A stretch of 39,885 nucleotides of DNA from Candidatus Omnitrophota bacterium (GTDB taxonomy: Bacteria; Omnitrophota; Gorgyraeia; B26-G9). Location of the stretch: contig JAKLQT010000223.1 in the NCBI GenBank assembly GCA_022013205.1, forward strand, positions 1 through 39,885. Direction: 5' to 3'. Below the pieces are notes generated by a model. The model was not told the DNA's origin. It saw only the letters and a program-made list of their open reading frames with translations, and searched no databases. A program made the translations under genes and the position numbers. Below are positions 1 through 8,371 of this stretch, in pieces (positions within the stretch are counted from its first letter, which is position 1; the number at the start of each line of letters is the position of its first letter).

Positions 1-144
1 GAAATGTTTTTTTACGCTTTATGTTGTTTTTTCTTCTCTATCCTCGAATTTAACGCCTAAAGAAGCGCGAAGAATTTTAGGTTCTTAATTGCTGAAGAAA
101 TTTTATAGCATTAGGCAGGATTACTCTGCGAAGAAGTTAATCCT

Positions 145-1233
145 TCAGGACTTTTTCAAAGCAACAATAGTTTCCCCGACAATTTCATCTATAAGCTCTT
201 TCACAGAGACTATTTTATTTATTCTGTAAACATTACTTCCGGCAAAAACAACCGCGTCATCAATCTTCCCTGTTACAGCATTGAACAAGGCTTTTGCTAT
301 GCAATAAGGAGCAGATGATGGATCACAGGTTTTAAGACAACGATAATTACACCTGAATGCTTCTCTTTTGCCTTCTACAACTCGTTTGATCAACGATGTT
401 TTTAACGACCTTCCAGGCAAGCCCACAGGGCTTTTAATAATTACAATGTCTTCCTTCCTGGCATCAAGATAGAGCTTTTTAAACTCATCGGGAACCGAGC
501 ACTCATGTGTAGCTACAAAGCGCGTAGCTATTTGCACCGCCTTTACACCCAGCTTGAAAAATCGGGCCGCATCTTTTCCATCAAATATTCCACCAGCAGC
601 GATAACCGGAATTTGCCTCTTATATTCCTTTTCATACTCGCATACAACTTTAAGCACATCAATAACCAGTAATTCAAGCATATTATCTTTTGGCGGGGTC
701 AATTCTTCAAATTGAAACCCCAAATGCCCCCCGGCAAGCGGGCCTTCGACAACTATAGCATCCGGAAAACGATCATATCGTTTTTTCCAGGCTTTTAATA
801 TTACTGCTGCCGCCCGGGCAGATGAGACAATAGGGATTATTTTAACGGAATATCCTTCTACGTATTCGGGTAATTTTAAAGGAAGCCCTGCTCCGGAAAC
901 AAGAAAGTCGGCTTTTTCTTCTGCTACTACCTGCACCAAGTCTTCATAATTTGATACCGCAACAAGAATATTTGCTCCAATAATTCCTTTGGTTATTTTT
1001 TTTGCTTTGCGAATTTCGCTTTGCAGTCCTTTTCTTGAAGCTTTAACAAAGTCTGTTTCATTCTCCTGAGATCCATAACCAAGCCCAACGCTGGCTATTG
1101 TACCTGCTCCACCGCAATTTGCAACCGCACTAGCTAAAGAAGCTGTTGAAATAGCAACTCCCATCCCCCCTTGAATTATCGGGACCTTTATTTCCAAGCC
1201 ACCAAGCATAAGAGGTTTCAATTCATTACTCAT
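145..1233 (-). CDS. NAD(P)H-dependent flavin oxidoreductase, nitronate monooxygenase / FabK-like (enoyl-ACP reductase II) family
   Basis: 362-aa ORF with IIQGGMG, PLAGGHLGF and AAGGIFDG motifs typical of the FMN TIM-barrel NMO/FabK family. Family recognised from memory. Confidence 0.7.
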   Translation of the reverse strand: MSNELKPLMLGGLEIKVPIIQGGMGVAISTASLASAVANCGGAGTIASVGLGYGSQENETDFVKASRKGLQSEIRKAKKITKGIIGANILVAVSNYEDLVQVVAEEKADFLVSGAGLPLKLPEYVEGYSVKIIPIVSSARAAAVILKAWKKRYDRFPDAIVVEGPLAGGHLGFQFEELTPPKDNMLELLVIDVLKVVCEYEKEYKRQIPVIAAGGIFDGKDAARFFKLGVKAVQIATRFVATHECSVPDEFKKLYLDARKEDIVIIKSPVGLPGRSLKTSLIKRVVEGKREAFRCNYRCLKTCDPSSAPYCIAKALFNAVTGKIDDAVVFAGSNVYRINKIVSVKELIDEIVGETIVALKKS

Positions 1234-1308
1234 ACTATTCCTATCTTTCTTTTTGTTTACCGATCGCTAATAAACAACAACATTTAGGTTTCAATAACAC
1301 ATTTCTTT

Positions 1309-1386
1309 TGGGGTGGATGATGGGATTCGAACCCACGGCCCCAAGAACCACAATCTTGTGCTCTAACCAACTGAGCTACACCCACC
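1309..1386 (-). tRNA. tRNA-His (anticodon GTG)
   Basis: Reverse complement reads GGTGGGTGTAGCTCAGTTGGTTAGAGCACAAGATTGTGGTTCTTGGGGCCGTGGGTTCGAATCCCATCATCCACCCCA. It folds as a cloverleaf with anticodon loop TTGTGGT, an extra 5' G(-1) opposite C73 (His hallmark), a TTCGAAT T-loop and an encoded CCA. Confidence 0.92.
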
Positions 1387-1465
1387 ATATAGAAGTTATA
1401 AATTATAAATATAAATTAAAAGTTAAAAAGCAATATGGCAGTTCTTTTTTTACTTTTTACTTAGT

Positions 1466-1542
<77 letters not shown>

Positions 1543-1628
1543 CCCGTAATAATACAAAAGTTAAACGGCCAAAGCATAAAATCAATTTAACCCTTAAGCC
1601 CCAATCCCCATACTCAAGTCCCATCAAG

Positions 1629-1707
1629 TGGTCGGGGCAGGTGGATTCGAACCACCGACCTCTTGGTCCCAAACCAAGCGCTCTAAGCCAAGCTGAGCCA
1701 TGCCCCG
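1629..1707 (-). tRNA. tRNA-Pro (anticodon TGG)
   Basis: Reverse complement reads CGGGGCATGGCTCAGCTTGGCTTAGAGCGCTTGGTTTGGGACCAAGAGGTCGGTGGTTCGAATCCACCTGCCCCGACCA. Anticodon stem is CTTGG/CCAAG with loop TTTGGGA; CCA is encoded. Confidence 0.9.
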
Positions 1708-1737
1708 AATCATTTACAACGCTTAGATGATATTTTA

Positions 1738-1766
1738 ATATTACAAAAGTGTAGAGAAATGGTCAA
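1738..1766 (-). promoter_or_regulatory. Putative sigma70-type promoter of the tRNA Pro-Arg-His cluster
   Basis: Minus strand reads TTGACC, 17-nt spacer, TAATAT. The -10 ends about 30 nt upstream of tRNA-Pro, and the -35 sits in the loop of the adjacent hairpin. Confidence 0.4.
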
Positions 1767-1783
1767 TAATTCTCTACACTTTT
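1745..1783 (-). terminator. Hairpin terminator downstream of the 120-aa secreted-protein gene
   Basis: Perfect 14-bp inverted repeat aaaagtgtagagaa / ttctctacactttt with an 11-nt loop, 45 nt after the stop at 1828. The U-run lies partly inside the stem. Confidence 0.5.
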
Positions 1784-1827
1784 CAGAAACTAATCGCCCA
1801 TTATTTATATTGCTTTAGTTTTTTCTC

Positions 1828-2190
1828 CTACTTTTTTTCCTGCTTAGCCGTTTTTACAATACTTAAGGAAACAAGCGTATTTTTTTCTTTTCCCTTCTTG
1901 TCTGTCTCCTTTCGAAAAGTTGCCAGAACCGTCGCCTCACTCTTTAGTTCTTTAAGGGAAACCTTTATAGACTCACCTTCACTGGTTTTAAGCACTATGG
2001 TTGATTCTCCTCTCGTCTTAAAATCGACATACTCAACTTTTCCCACCGCACCATATACATTTTGAGTCTTCGTCCCTAAAGTAAGCACAGAGGATGACGC
2101 GGTTTTTTCTTCAGCAAACAGACTCGCCCCCTGCGTAACCACGAACAATAAAGCAAGGATTAAAATTATTACGCATAAATTTTTCCTCAT
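1828..2190 (-). CDS. Small secreted hypothetical protein
   Basis: 120-aa ORF with an N-terminal signal peptide (MRKNLCVIILILALLFVVTQGASLFA) and a strong RBS (GGAGG 5 nt upstream of ATG). No family recognised. Confidence 0.6.
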   Translation of the reverse strand: MRKNLCVIILILALLFVVTQGASLFAEEKTASSSVLTLGTKTQNVYGAVGKVEYVDFKTRGESTIVLKTSEGESIKVSLKELKSEATVLATFRKETDKKGKEKNTLVSLSIVKTAKQEKK

Positions 2191-2224
2191 TTTTCCCTCC
2201 TCGATAATGCTAAAAGTTCATTTA

Positions 2225-2253
2225 ATTATAACATTGTTTAATAGTAACGTCAA
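2225..2253 (-). promoter_or_regulatory. Near-consensus sigma70 promoter for 1828..2190
   Basis: Minus strand reads TTGACG, exactly 17 nt spacer, TATAAT. The -10 ends about 35 nt upstream of the ATG at 2190. Confidence 0.6.
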
Positions 2254-2257
2254 GAAA

Positions 2258-2285
2258 TTAGGATATTAAGTTTAGGATATTAAGT
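2258..2285. repeat. Perfect tandem duplication, 2 x 14 bp (ttaggatattaagt)
   Basis: Units at 2258-2271 and 2272-2285 are identical. They lie 4 nt upstream of the -35 element of the promoter above. Confidence 0.85.
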
Positions 2286-2314
2286 TTTCCACCTCAACAA
2301 AGGTTCTTTCTTGT

Positions 2315-2725
2315 TTAAAATGAACGCTTCCAGAACAGCTTGAGACGTTCATCGTCCGGATCCACCTTTATATCCACTTTGTAACGGTTCAGATAGGGGT
2401 CATCAAGCTTATTAAGCCATTCAAAATAGTCAACTCCCTTATCCAGCAATTCTGAGAACTGGGGGATATAATATTCATTAATTGTAAGCCTTACTGTTTC
2501 CGGTGTTATCTTTTTTTTATCAGGGTATTTATCATCTTTATGTTCTTCCTTATTGATTGTTTTATTCCAGTCAGATGTTACATAGCTCTTTTTTGAAAGC
2601 TCTTTCTGTCCTGTGTCAAAAGCCTGCAAACAATCCACCCTCACAAAATAAAGGGAAAAAAGTGCGCTGATAATAAAGGCTGCGCATTTAACTTTAATTT
2701 TTCTTTTAAATTTAACTATTTTCAT
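2315..2725 (-). CDS. Hypothetical membrane-anchored/secreted protein
   Basis: ORF track gives 2315..2788. I prefer the internal ATG at 2725 (MKIVKFKRKIKVKCAAFIISALFSLYF, signal anchor) because the longer form overlaps the rlmB 3' end. No family recognised. Confidence 0.5.
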   Translation of the reverse strand: MKIVKFKRKIKVKCAAFIISALFSLYFVRVDCLQAFDTGQKELSKKSYVTSDWNKTINKEEHKDDKYPDKKKITPETVRLTINEYYIPQFSELLDKGVDYFEWLNKLDDPYLNRYKVDIKVDPDDERLKLFWKRSF

Positions 2726-2762
2726 AACAATAACTTGGATGTACAATGCTTCGCCTGAGCCA

Positions 2763-3479
2763 TTACCTTCTTTGCCGTGTGACCTCATAGCAAAATATCG
2801 CTGTTGCTACCGCCGCGTTAAGTGAAAGCCTGGCTCCCGGCATAGGCAAAGTAACCTTAAAATCCAAATGCGCTATTACCCCCGGACGAATCCCCTTATC
2901 CTCTGAGCCGATAACCAGGCAAAGTGGAAATTGAAATTTAAAATCAGCAATATTCTCTCCTTCGTCAACTACCGTCCCGGCCACCCAGTAGCCCGCATCT
3001 TTAACCTGTTTGAGTACAGGTATCAAATTTGTAACCTGAATTACCGGGATATAATTTTCTCCTCCGCAAGCAACTTTTAAAACCGTCTCATTTATACTTA
3101 CAGATCTGTGCTTGGGAATTATCAGCGCAAATCTGCCAAAACACGCGGAAGTTCTTAAAATAGAACCCAGATTCTGCGGGTCAGTAATATTACTCAGAGC
3201 AATCAGCGTTATTTTATTCTCATCAGGCAATTGTAAAATTTGCTGTAAGTCGTGATAAAGAAACTCTTGCGTTTCCGCTATAACCCCTTGATCATTTACA
3301 TTCTTTGAGATCGACATGAATTCCTTATCTGGAAGGGCAATATGCGCGATATTATTTCGCAGTGCTAATTCTTTAATAACCTTATTGTTTACGCTTTGAT
3401 TACAAATTATTTTTTTAATGGTTTCAGGGTAAACCTTTAACCTCTCAAGAATCTGGTTTTTACCATAAAGCCTGATCAT
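2763..3479 (-). CDS. rlmB: 23S rRNA 2'-O-ribose methyltransferase, TrmH/SpoU family group 3 (RlmB-like)
   Basis: 238 aa with an N-terminal substrate-binding domain. SpoU motifs are present: DPQNLGSILRTSACFG, LVIGSEDKGI, IPMPG...SLNAAVA. Confidence 0.8.
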   Translation of the reverse strand: MIRLYGKNQILERLKVYPETIKKIICNQSVNNKVIKELALRNNIAHIALPDKEFMSISKNVNDQGVIAETQEFLYHDLQQILQLPDENKITLIALSNITDPQNLGSILRTSACFGRFALIIPKHRSVSINETVLKVACGGENYIPVIQVTNLIPVLKQVKDAGYWVAGTVVDEGENIADFKFQFPLCLVIGSEDKGIRPGVIAHLDFKVTLPMPGARLSLNAAVATAIFCYEVTRQRR

Positions 3480-3533
3480 GAAATTTCCCCTTTAAAATAC
3501 CCTTAAACCAATAATTACTTGAATTACCTGTTA

Positions 3534-4934
3534 TTATCTTAATACAGGCAGGATAAGCTGCGCAACTTTAAAATATATTATTAACCCGATAACATCAACA
3601 AAACTTGTCGTGATCGGCCCGGCAAGCACAGCAGGATCAAAGCCCATTTTTTTTGAAAGAAAAGGCAAAGAAATACCCGTACATATCGCAAGCAAAACGA
3701 TCAGAAACATAGTCAAGCCTACCACTAATCCGATTAACGGGTCACTCTGCAGTAATAAAGCTCTTGTAAACGCCACTAGCCCCACTATAAGCCCCATAAC
3801 CAATGCGGCAAAAAGCTCAAGTTTAAACACCCTCTTCAGATTATTAAAGCTAACATCTCCGGTAGCTAAACCGCGAATAACCGTAATTGAACTCTGTGTT
3901 CCCGCGTTTCCTCCGGTACCCAGCAGCATCGGGATAAAAAAGACCAGCGCCACCACACTGCTTAAAGAATTTTGAAAAGTCTTAAGAACTGTTCCTGTTA
4001 AGAAATCAAATATAAGCAGGAAAACAAGCCAGCCTGCCCGGCGGCTGATAAGCTCCTTAACTGTAGCTGTAGCATAACTTATCATTTTACCTTCTCCGGG
4101 AGTCATCTTACCAACTTCGTAAATCTCCTTTGTCGCTTCCCGGTCAATAACATCAACAATATCGTCAATAGTAATTACGCCGATCAATTCATCTTTTTCA
4201 TCCACCACCGGAGCGGCAATAAGGTCATAACGTTTAAAACTCTGAGCAACCTCTTCATCAGGAGAATACTCATTGATTTTTATAAAATCAGTGTTCTCCA
4301 TCAGAGCTTCGATCAGCATATCCGACGGCGCTTTGATCAGATCCTGCAATTCCACTACCCCGATTAATCTATGCCCGGTATCAGTAACGTATATTGAGCT
4401 GATATCAAGATCATCGTCAAAGCTTAACGTATCCTGCAGCTTTAAAATTGCCCCGCGTGCCGTTATTTCCTTGCGCAGTTCAATATAGTCCGTTGTCATG
4501 ATCGCGCCCGCAGTTCCCTCATCGTAAGTCATCAACTCTCTTACATCTTCAACCTCTTCCTTTTCCATTAATTTAAAAAACTTTTTTATTACTTTAGGCG
4601 TCAGATCTTTAAAAAGTTTAGCACGCTCATCCGGAGCCATTTCGTTTAAAACCTGCGAAACCTCGGCATTATCAAGGTTATCCAGAAGGAAGGACTGGTC
4701 TTCAAATTTAAGCACCTCAAATAATTCACCGGCCAAAGAAGTCCTCAAAAGTTTAAAGATAAGGATCTTTTCCTGGTGCGAGAAATTATGCCAGCGCTCG
4801 GCAATATCTATTGCCGGGATCTTTGAAATAAGAGATTTTACATCGGAAAAGCTCTTATTATTCAGCAGTGCCCTGATCTCCGGCACAAACAGCGCCGTCA
4901 TGCTTAATGATTTCCGCTGGTTCTTTTTCGTCAT
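3534..4934 (-). CDS. mgtE: Magnesium transporter MgtE
   Basis: 466 aa with an MgtE N-domain, tandem CBS region (AGAIMTTDY..., PVVDEKDELIGVITIDDIVDVI) and a C-terminal 5-TM domain with the GNAGTQS motif. Confidence 0.9.
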   Translation of the reverse strand: MTKKNQRKSLSMTALFVPEIRALLNNKSFSDVKSLISKIPAIDIAERWHNFSHQEKILIFKLLRTSLAGELFEVLKFEDQSFLLDNLDNAEVSQVLNEMAPDERAKLFKDLTPKVIKKFFKLMEKEEVEDVRELMTYDEGTAGAIMTTDYIELRKEITARGAILKLQDTLSFDDDLDISSIYVTDTGHRLIGVVELQDLIKAPSDMLIEALMENTDFIKINEYSPDEEVAQSFKRYDLIAAPVVDEKDELIGVITIDDIVDVIDREATKEIYEVGKMTPGEGKMISYATATVKELISRRAGWLVFLLIFDFLTGTVLKTFQNSLSSVVALVFFIPMLLGTGGNAGTQSSITVIRGLATGDVSFNNLKRVFKLELFAALVMGLIVGLVAFTRALLLQSDPLIGLVVGLTMFLIVLLAICTGISLPFLSKKMGFDPAVLAGPITTSFVDVIGLIIYFKVAQLILPVLR

Positions 4935-4985
4935 CTTGGGTTTTCCAGTATATTAAAATTCATTTTCAAGAAAATACTTATATTG

Positions 4986-5015
4986 ATCATACATTAATCA
5001 AGCAGCCTGAGTCAA
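4986..5015 (-). promoter_or_regulatory. Putative sigma70 promoter upstream of mgtE
   Basis: Minus strand reads TTGACT, 18 nt spacer, TATGAT, about 50 nt upstream of the mgtE ATG. Confidence 0.35.
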
Positions 5016-5066
5016 AATGATTTTCGACAACCACGCAGATTAATACCGGGAAAAAACATAAAATAA

Positions 5067-6707
5067 TTAATGATGTTTCTCCGTTACCTGCTTTGCTGTC
5101 CACTGCAGTTTACCCAGAACAGCCTGAGCAACATTAGTTAAATGATCGCCAATTTTTTCGAAATTACTAATCAAATCAAGAAAAATGATTCCGGAAAGAA
5201 CCTGGCATTGCCCGATGGACAAACGGTTTATATGATTATCCCGCAGCTTCTGCGTAAACTTATCAACTTTCTCTTCCAAATTCAACACCTTTTGGGCATC
5301 TTCAATGCTGTCATTATCCAGGGAACTGATAGTAAATTTGGCCATGTCATCTACGAGAGAAAACATCTCCTTCAGCTCCGTTTCCGCTTCTTTAGAAAAA
5401 GGAAAACCAGAAGCGATTTTTCTTTGGGCAAGCTCCATGATATTTTCGCAATGGTCACCCATTCTCTCAATATCATTCACACTATGTAGTAAAGAAGGTA
5501 TTTTACTCGCAATTTCAGGTGATATTTCCTTTTGCATAAGCTCCATAAGATAATTAGTTACCGCTTCCTGCAGATTGTCTAATGCTGCTTCTTTTTTAGG
5601 AACAAGTCCTAATACCTTAACATTTTCCTTAAAAAATCCCACCATCGCATCACTCATCATGCCGCGGGCAAGATTAGTCATACGCACAACTTCCTTGATC
5701 GCAGCATCAAAAGCAACAAGCGGGGTATATAGAAGATGTTTTTCTAGAAATTGCGGCTGTGTATCAATAATTGTGTCTTTGCCGGGTAAAACTTTTGTTA
5801 CAACCTTTGCGTAAACTGAAGCAAACGGGGCCAAAACTATTGTACCTAGTACATTAAATAATGTATGCGCATTAGCCACCTGTCTTGCAATATCACCTGA
5901 CGTCATCGCGATAATCCTGTAATAAAACGGCAATGTCGGCAAAAACAAGAGCGTTATCATAATATTAAATAAAACATGGGCAAGCGCCGCTCTTTTTGCA
6001 GAGATCGTTGTTCCCAAAGAAGCGAGCATTGCCGTGACACATGTACCGATATTACAGCCGAATATAAGCGGTATGGCACCTTGTAAATCAAATAGCCCTA
6101 AAGAGGCCAGCGTAATAATCATACCTGTGGTAACGCTTGAACTTTGGAACAACGCTGTTATAGATGCGCCGATCAAAATACCCAAAAAAGGATTCTTACT
6201 AAACTCAACAAAAATATTCTGTATGACCGGATCACCCGCAAAGGGCTTTATCATCGAAGTCATTATTTTTAAGCCCAGGAAAAGGATACCAAACCCCAGA
6301 CAGAAAAGGCCAAAAAACTTCCAGAATCTTTTTGGTGAAAATAAATAAAGGCACGCGCCAATAGCAATCGCCGGCAGCGCAAATGCCGTTAGTTTAAAAG
6401 CAATTATCTGAGCAGTTATGGTTGTACCGATATTAGCGCCGAATATAACCCCTATTGCCTGCGTTAGAGTCATAAGCCCCGCATTAACAAAACCTACAAC
6501 CATTACCGTTGTTGCTGAAGAGCTTTGGATAATAGCAGTAATTCCGGCACCAAGTAATGTTCCTGATAAGGTATTTTTTGTAAGGGCTTTAAGCAAACGC
6601 CTCAGCCTGTCTCCGGCAGCATTTTGCAGCCCCTCCCCCATCAAATGAATACCGTAAATAAAAAGCCCTAACCCTCCGACAATACTAAAAATCAACTCAC
6701 TTACCAT
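5067..6707 (-). CDS. Na+/phosphate cotransporter family protein with C-terminal PhoU-like domain
   Basis: 546 aa with duplicated Na_Pi_cotrans segments (QSSSATT / QSSSVTT, GANIGTT / GCNIGTC) followed by PhoU-like helices (ERMGDHCENI, EKIGDHLTNVA). Confidence 0.85.
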   Translation of the reverse strand: MVSELIFSIVGGLGLFIYGIHLMGEGLQNAAGDRLRRLLKALTKNTLSGTLLGAGITAIIQSSSATTVMVVGFVNAGLMTLTQAIGVIFGANIGTTITAQIIAFKLTAFALPAIAIGACLYLFSPKRFWKFFGLFCLGFGILFLGLKIMTSMIKPFAGDPVIQNIFVEFSKNPFLGILIGASITALFQSSSVTTGMIITLASLGLFDLQGAIPLIFGCNIGTCVTAMLASLGTTISAKRAALAHVLFNIMITLLFLPTLPFYYRIIAMTSGDIARQVANAHTLFNVLGTIVLAPFASVYAKVVTKVLPGKDTIIDTQPQFLEKHLLYTPLVAFDAAIKEVVRMTNLARGMMSDAMVGFFKENVKVLGLVPKKEAALDNLQEAVTNYLMELMQKEISPEIASKIPSLLHSVNDIERMGDHCENIMELAQRKIASGFPFSKEAETELKEMFSLVDDMAKFTISSLDNDSIEDAQKVLNLEEKVDKFTQKLRDNHINRLSIGQCQVLSGIIFLDLISNFEKIGDHLTNVAQAVLGKLQWTAKQVTEKHH

Positions 6708-6732
6708 TAAATCCTCCCTAAAAAACCATATT

Positions 6733-7386
6733 TTACAAAAGCTCCGATTCTACTTTACTGATCACATTTTCAATTTCCGATACAACATCATCGGATAAAA
6801 AATTATTTATTTTTATTTCCTTCTTTATTGAATTAAGCGCTCCGAGCATTCTTCGCAAATAAGTTATGCGCCTTTGCCTGTGTGTTTCCTCGGGGCTGCT
6901 CTCCGGACGCAAAGACTTAATCATCGCTTTGTATACATCCTTTACATCTTTGTCCGCCTTGCCTTCCTCAAAAACATGTCGTTTCATTTTTTCATAATCG
7001 GCAATACTCAGATCCTTATTTGTCTTTACCTGGCGCAGTGTATTTACCGCCTCATAAGAAGGCAGCTGCGGGCTGTTCGCTGATTCCAGATAATCTTTCT
7101 TTATAAATTGCGGTTCTTCCTGCTCAAGGAAATAATACGACCTGAGTAATTTTAATCCTGTTTCCTTTCTAATGCCTATCTCTTTACTGCAATAAGCCTC
7201 AAAAGTCAGGTAATCCCATTCCTTATATAGTTTATCCTTATAAACAGCCACCAGATGCTGGCCAAGCTCAAGCCATGAAGACTTAAAGTTCTTAGCACAT
7301 TTTAAAATCTCATAACGAAAACTGCCCTGTTCAATTTTGTCCATGCTACTTTGAATTCTATCAAGCGATTTTGTTGTTTTGTACAT
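6733..7386 (-). CDS. Hypothetical protein
   Basis: 217-aa ORF, helical and charged. No family confidently recognised. Confidence 0.5.
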   Translation of the reverse strand: MYKTTKSLDRIQSSMDKIEQGSFRYEILKCAKNFKSSWLELGQHLVAVYKDKLYKEWDYLTFEAYCSKEIGIRKETGLKLLRSYYFLEQEEPQFIKKDYLESANSPQLPSYEAVNTLRQVKTNKDLSIADYEKMKRHVFEEGKADKDVKDVYKAMIKSLRPESSPEETHRQRRITYLRRMLGALNSIKKEIKINNFLSDDVVSEIENVISKVESELL

Positions 7387-7527
7387 TTTTCTACTTTCTC
7401 AGCTGTTTTAAAATGATTATTCAAGCGTTAGCTCAATTAGCCCGCTCATTTCCCCAGTCGAAAAAAGAGCTCATCCAAGTCTGCCCTGGCAGGTAGAAAA
7501 GAACTTTCAGCAGGCGTATTGTAACAT

Positions 7528-7591
7528 AAAATACCCCGTATTTACAAGAAATTAAGAATCTGCTTTAACTTTCATAAATACAGGGTATTTT
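7528..7591 (-). terminator. Long hairpin downstream of 7632..7853 (terminator or structured RNA)
   Basis: 17-bp arms aaaataccccgtattta / taaatacagggtatttt with a 30-nt loop. The single mismatch is C-A on the + strand but a G-U wobble in a minus-strand transcript, which favours minus-strand function. Confidence 0.45.
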
Positions 7592-7631
7592 AACCTATTT
7601 TTATAAACTCTAAACAAGCCCTTCCTCACTC

Positions 7632-7853
7632 CTAGATCCTGGATACGATACGTTTTTTTACTCTATCGCCAGCCAATACCGCTAATTCATACCCCTGACG
7701 CTTTAAGGCCTTTATCATGCGCTGATAAGCTTGGTTAGCCGTCGTTCCTTCAGTAAGATTGTTCAGAGAAATGGCCGCGTAACCACGGCGATTAGCAATT
7801 TTGAAAATTCTCACTTTCATCGGCGAAATTTTTCTTAAAAGCTTTTTTACCAT
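7632..7853 (-). CDS. Small basic hypothetical protein
   Basis: 73-aa ORF with RBS AAGGAG upstream, tightly following the phasin-like gene. No family recognised. Confidence 0.5.
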   Translation of the reverse strand: MVKKLLRKISPMKVRIFKIANRRGYAAISLNNLTEGTTANQAYQRMIKALKRQGYELAVLAGDRVKKRIVSRI

Positions 7854-7866
7854 TTTTACTCTCCTT

Positions 7867-8208
7867 TTACTTTTTCTTTGTTTTTGCTTTCTTTTTTGTT
7901 TTTGGATCCACGTTCTTGCTTTTTCCCGCCTCTAATGCTTTTGCGATCTTAGTTAGCTTATTATTTAGCGCATTAATTTGCTTTTGAGATTGATCCAAAA
8001 TACCCGCTGAAATCTGTTTCATCTTTTTCTCAAGATCTTTATCCAATTTTTTCGTACCCTGCAGTAAACGGCTAAGGACAGCTTTTTTATCCTCTGCTTG
8101 AATCTGCCCTTTTTTAATAAGCGCATCCACAAGCTTTTCCGCTTTTTCCTTTGTCAGATTCGCTAATCCCACTCCTGCTAAAACTATTTTTCCCAATATT
8201 TCAAACAT
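7867..8208 (-). CDS. Phasin-like protein (COG3937-type PHA granule/regulator family)
   Basis: 113 aa. The N-terminus MFEILGKIVLAGVGLANLTKEKAEKLVDALIKKG, a coiled-coil and a Lys-rich tail fit the family from memory. RBS is GGGAGG. Confidence 0.55.
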   Translation of the reverse strand: MFEILGKIVLAGVGLANLTKEKAEKLVDALIKKGQIQAEDKKAVLSRLLQGTKKLDKDLEKKMKQISAGILDQSQKQINALNNKLTKIAKALEAGKSKNVDPKTKKKAKTKKK

Positions 8209-8255
8209 TTCCTTTCCTCCCTTTCTTTAATTTAATGTTAAACAACAAATCCTAT

Positions 8256-8327
8256 TTATTCTTTTTCTTTTGTCATGCTCACCAGCCCAGCCCCGGCTAA
8301 AATAATTTTCTCCAAAATCTCAAACAT
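8256..8327 (-). pseudogene. Truncated 23-codon paralog of the phasin-like gene N-terminus (relic or upstream mini-ORF)
   Basis: ATG at 8327 with RBS AAGGGGGTGA encodes MFEILEKIILAGAGLVSMTKEKE-stop. This parallels MFEILGKIVLAGVGLANLTKEKA of the gene starting 48 nt downstream. Confidence 0.5.
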
Positions 8328-8371
8328 TTCTCACCCCCTTACAAAATTAATATCAAACTCTTGCATTAAAT

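Noticed and set aside
4935-5066. Mg-sensing M-box riboswitch upstream of mgtE
   Set aside because: The spacer is only about 130 nt and I could not recognise the conserved M-box helices or core. Only a plausible promoter is present.
7440-7510. SRP/4.5S-like RNA (ctgccctggcagg segment)
   Set aside because: It lacks the conserved SRP domain IV motif (GGAA/AGCA symmetric-loop context). It is only a trivial short palindrome.
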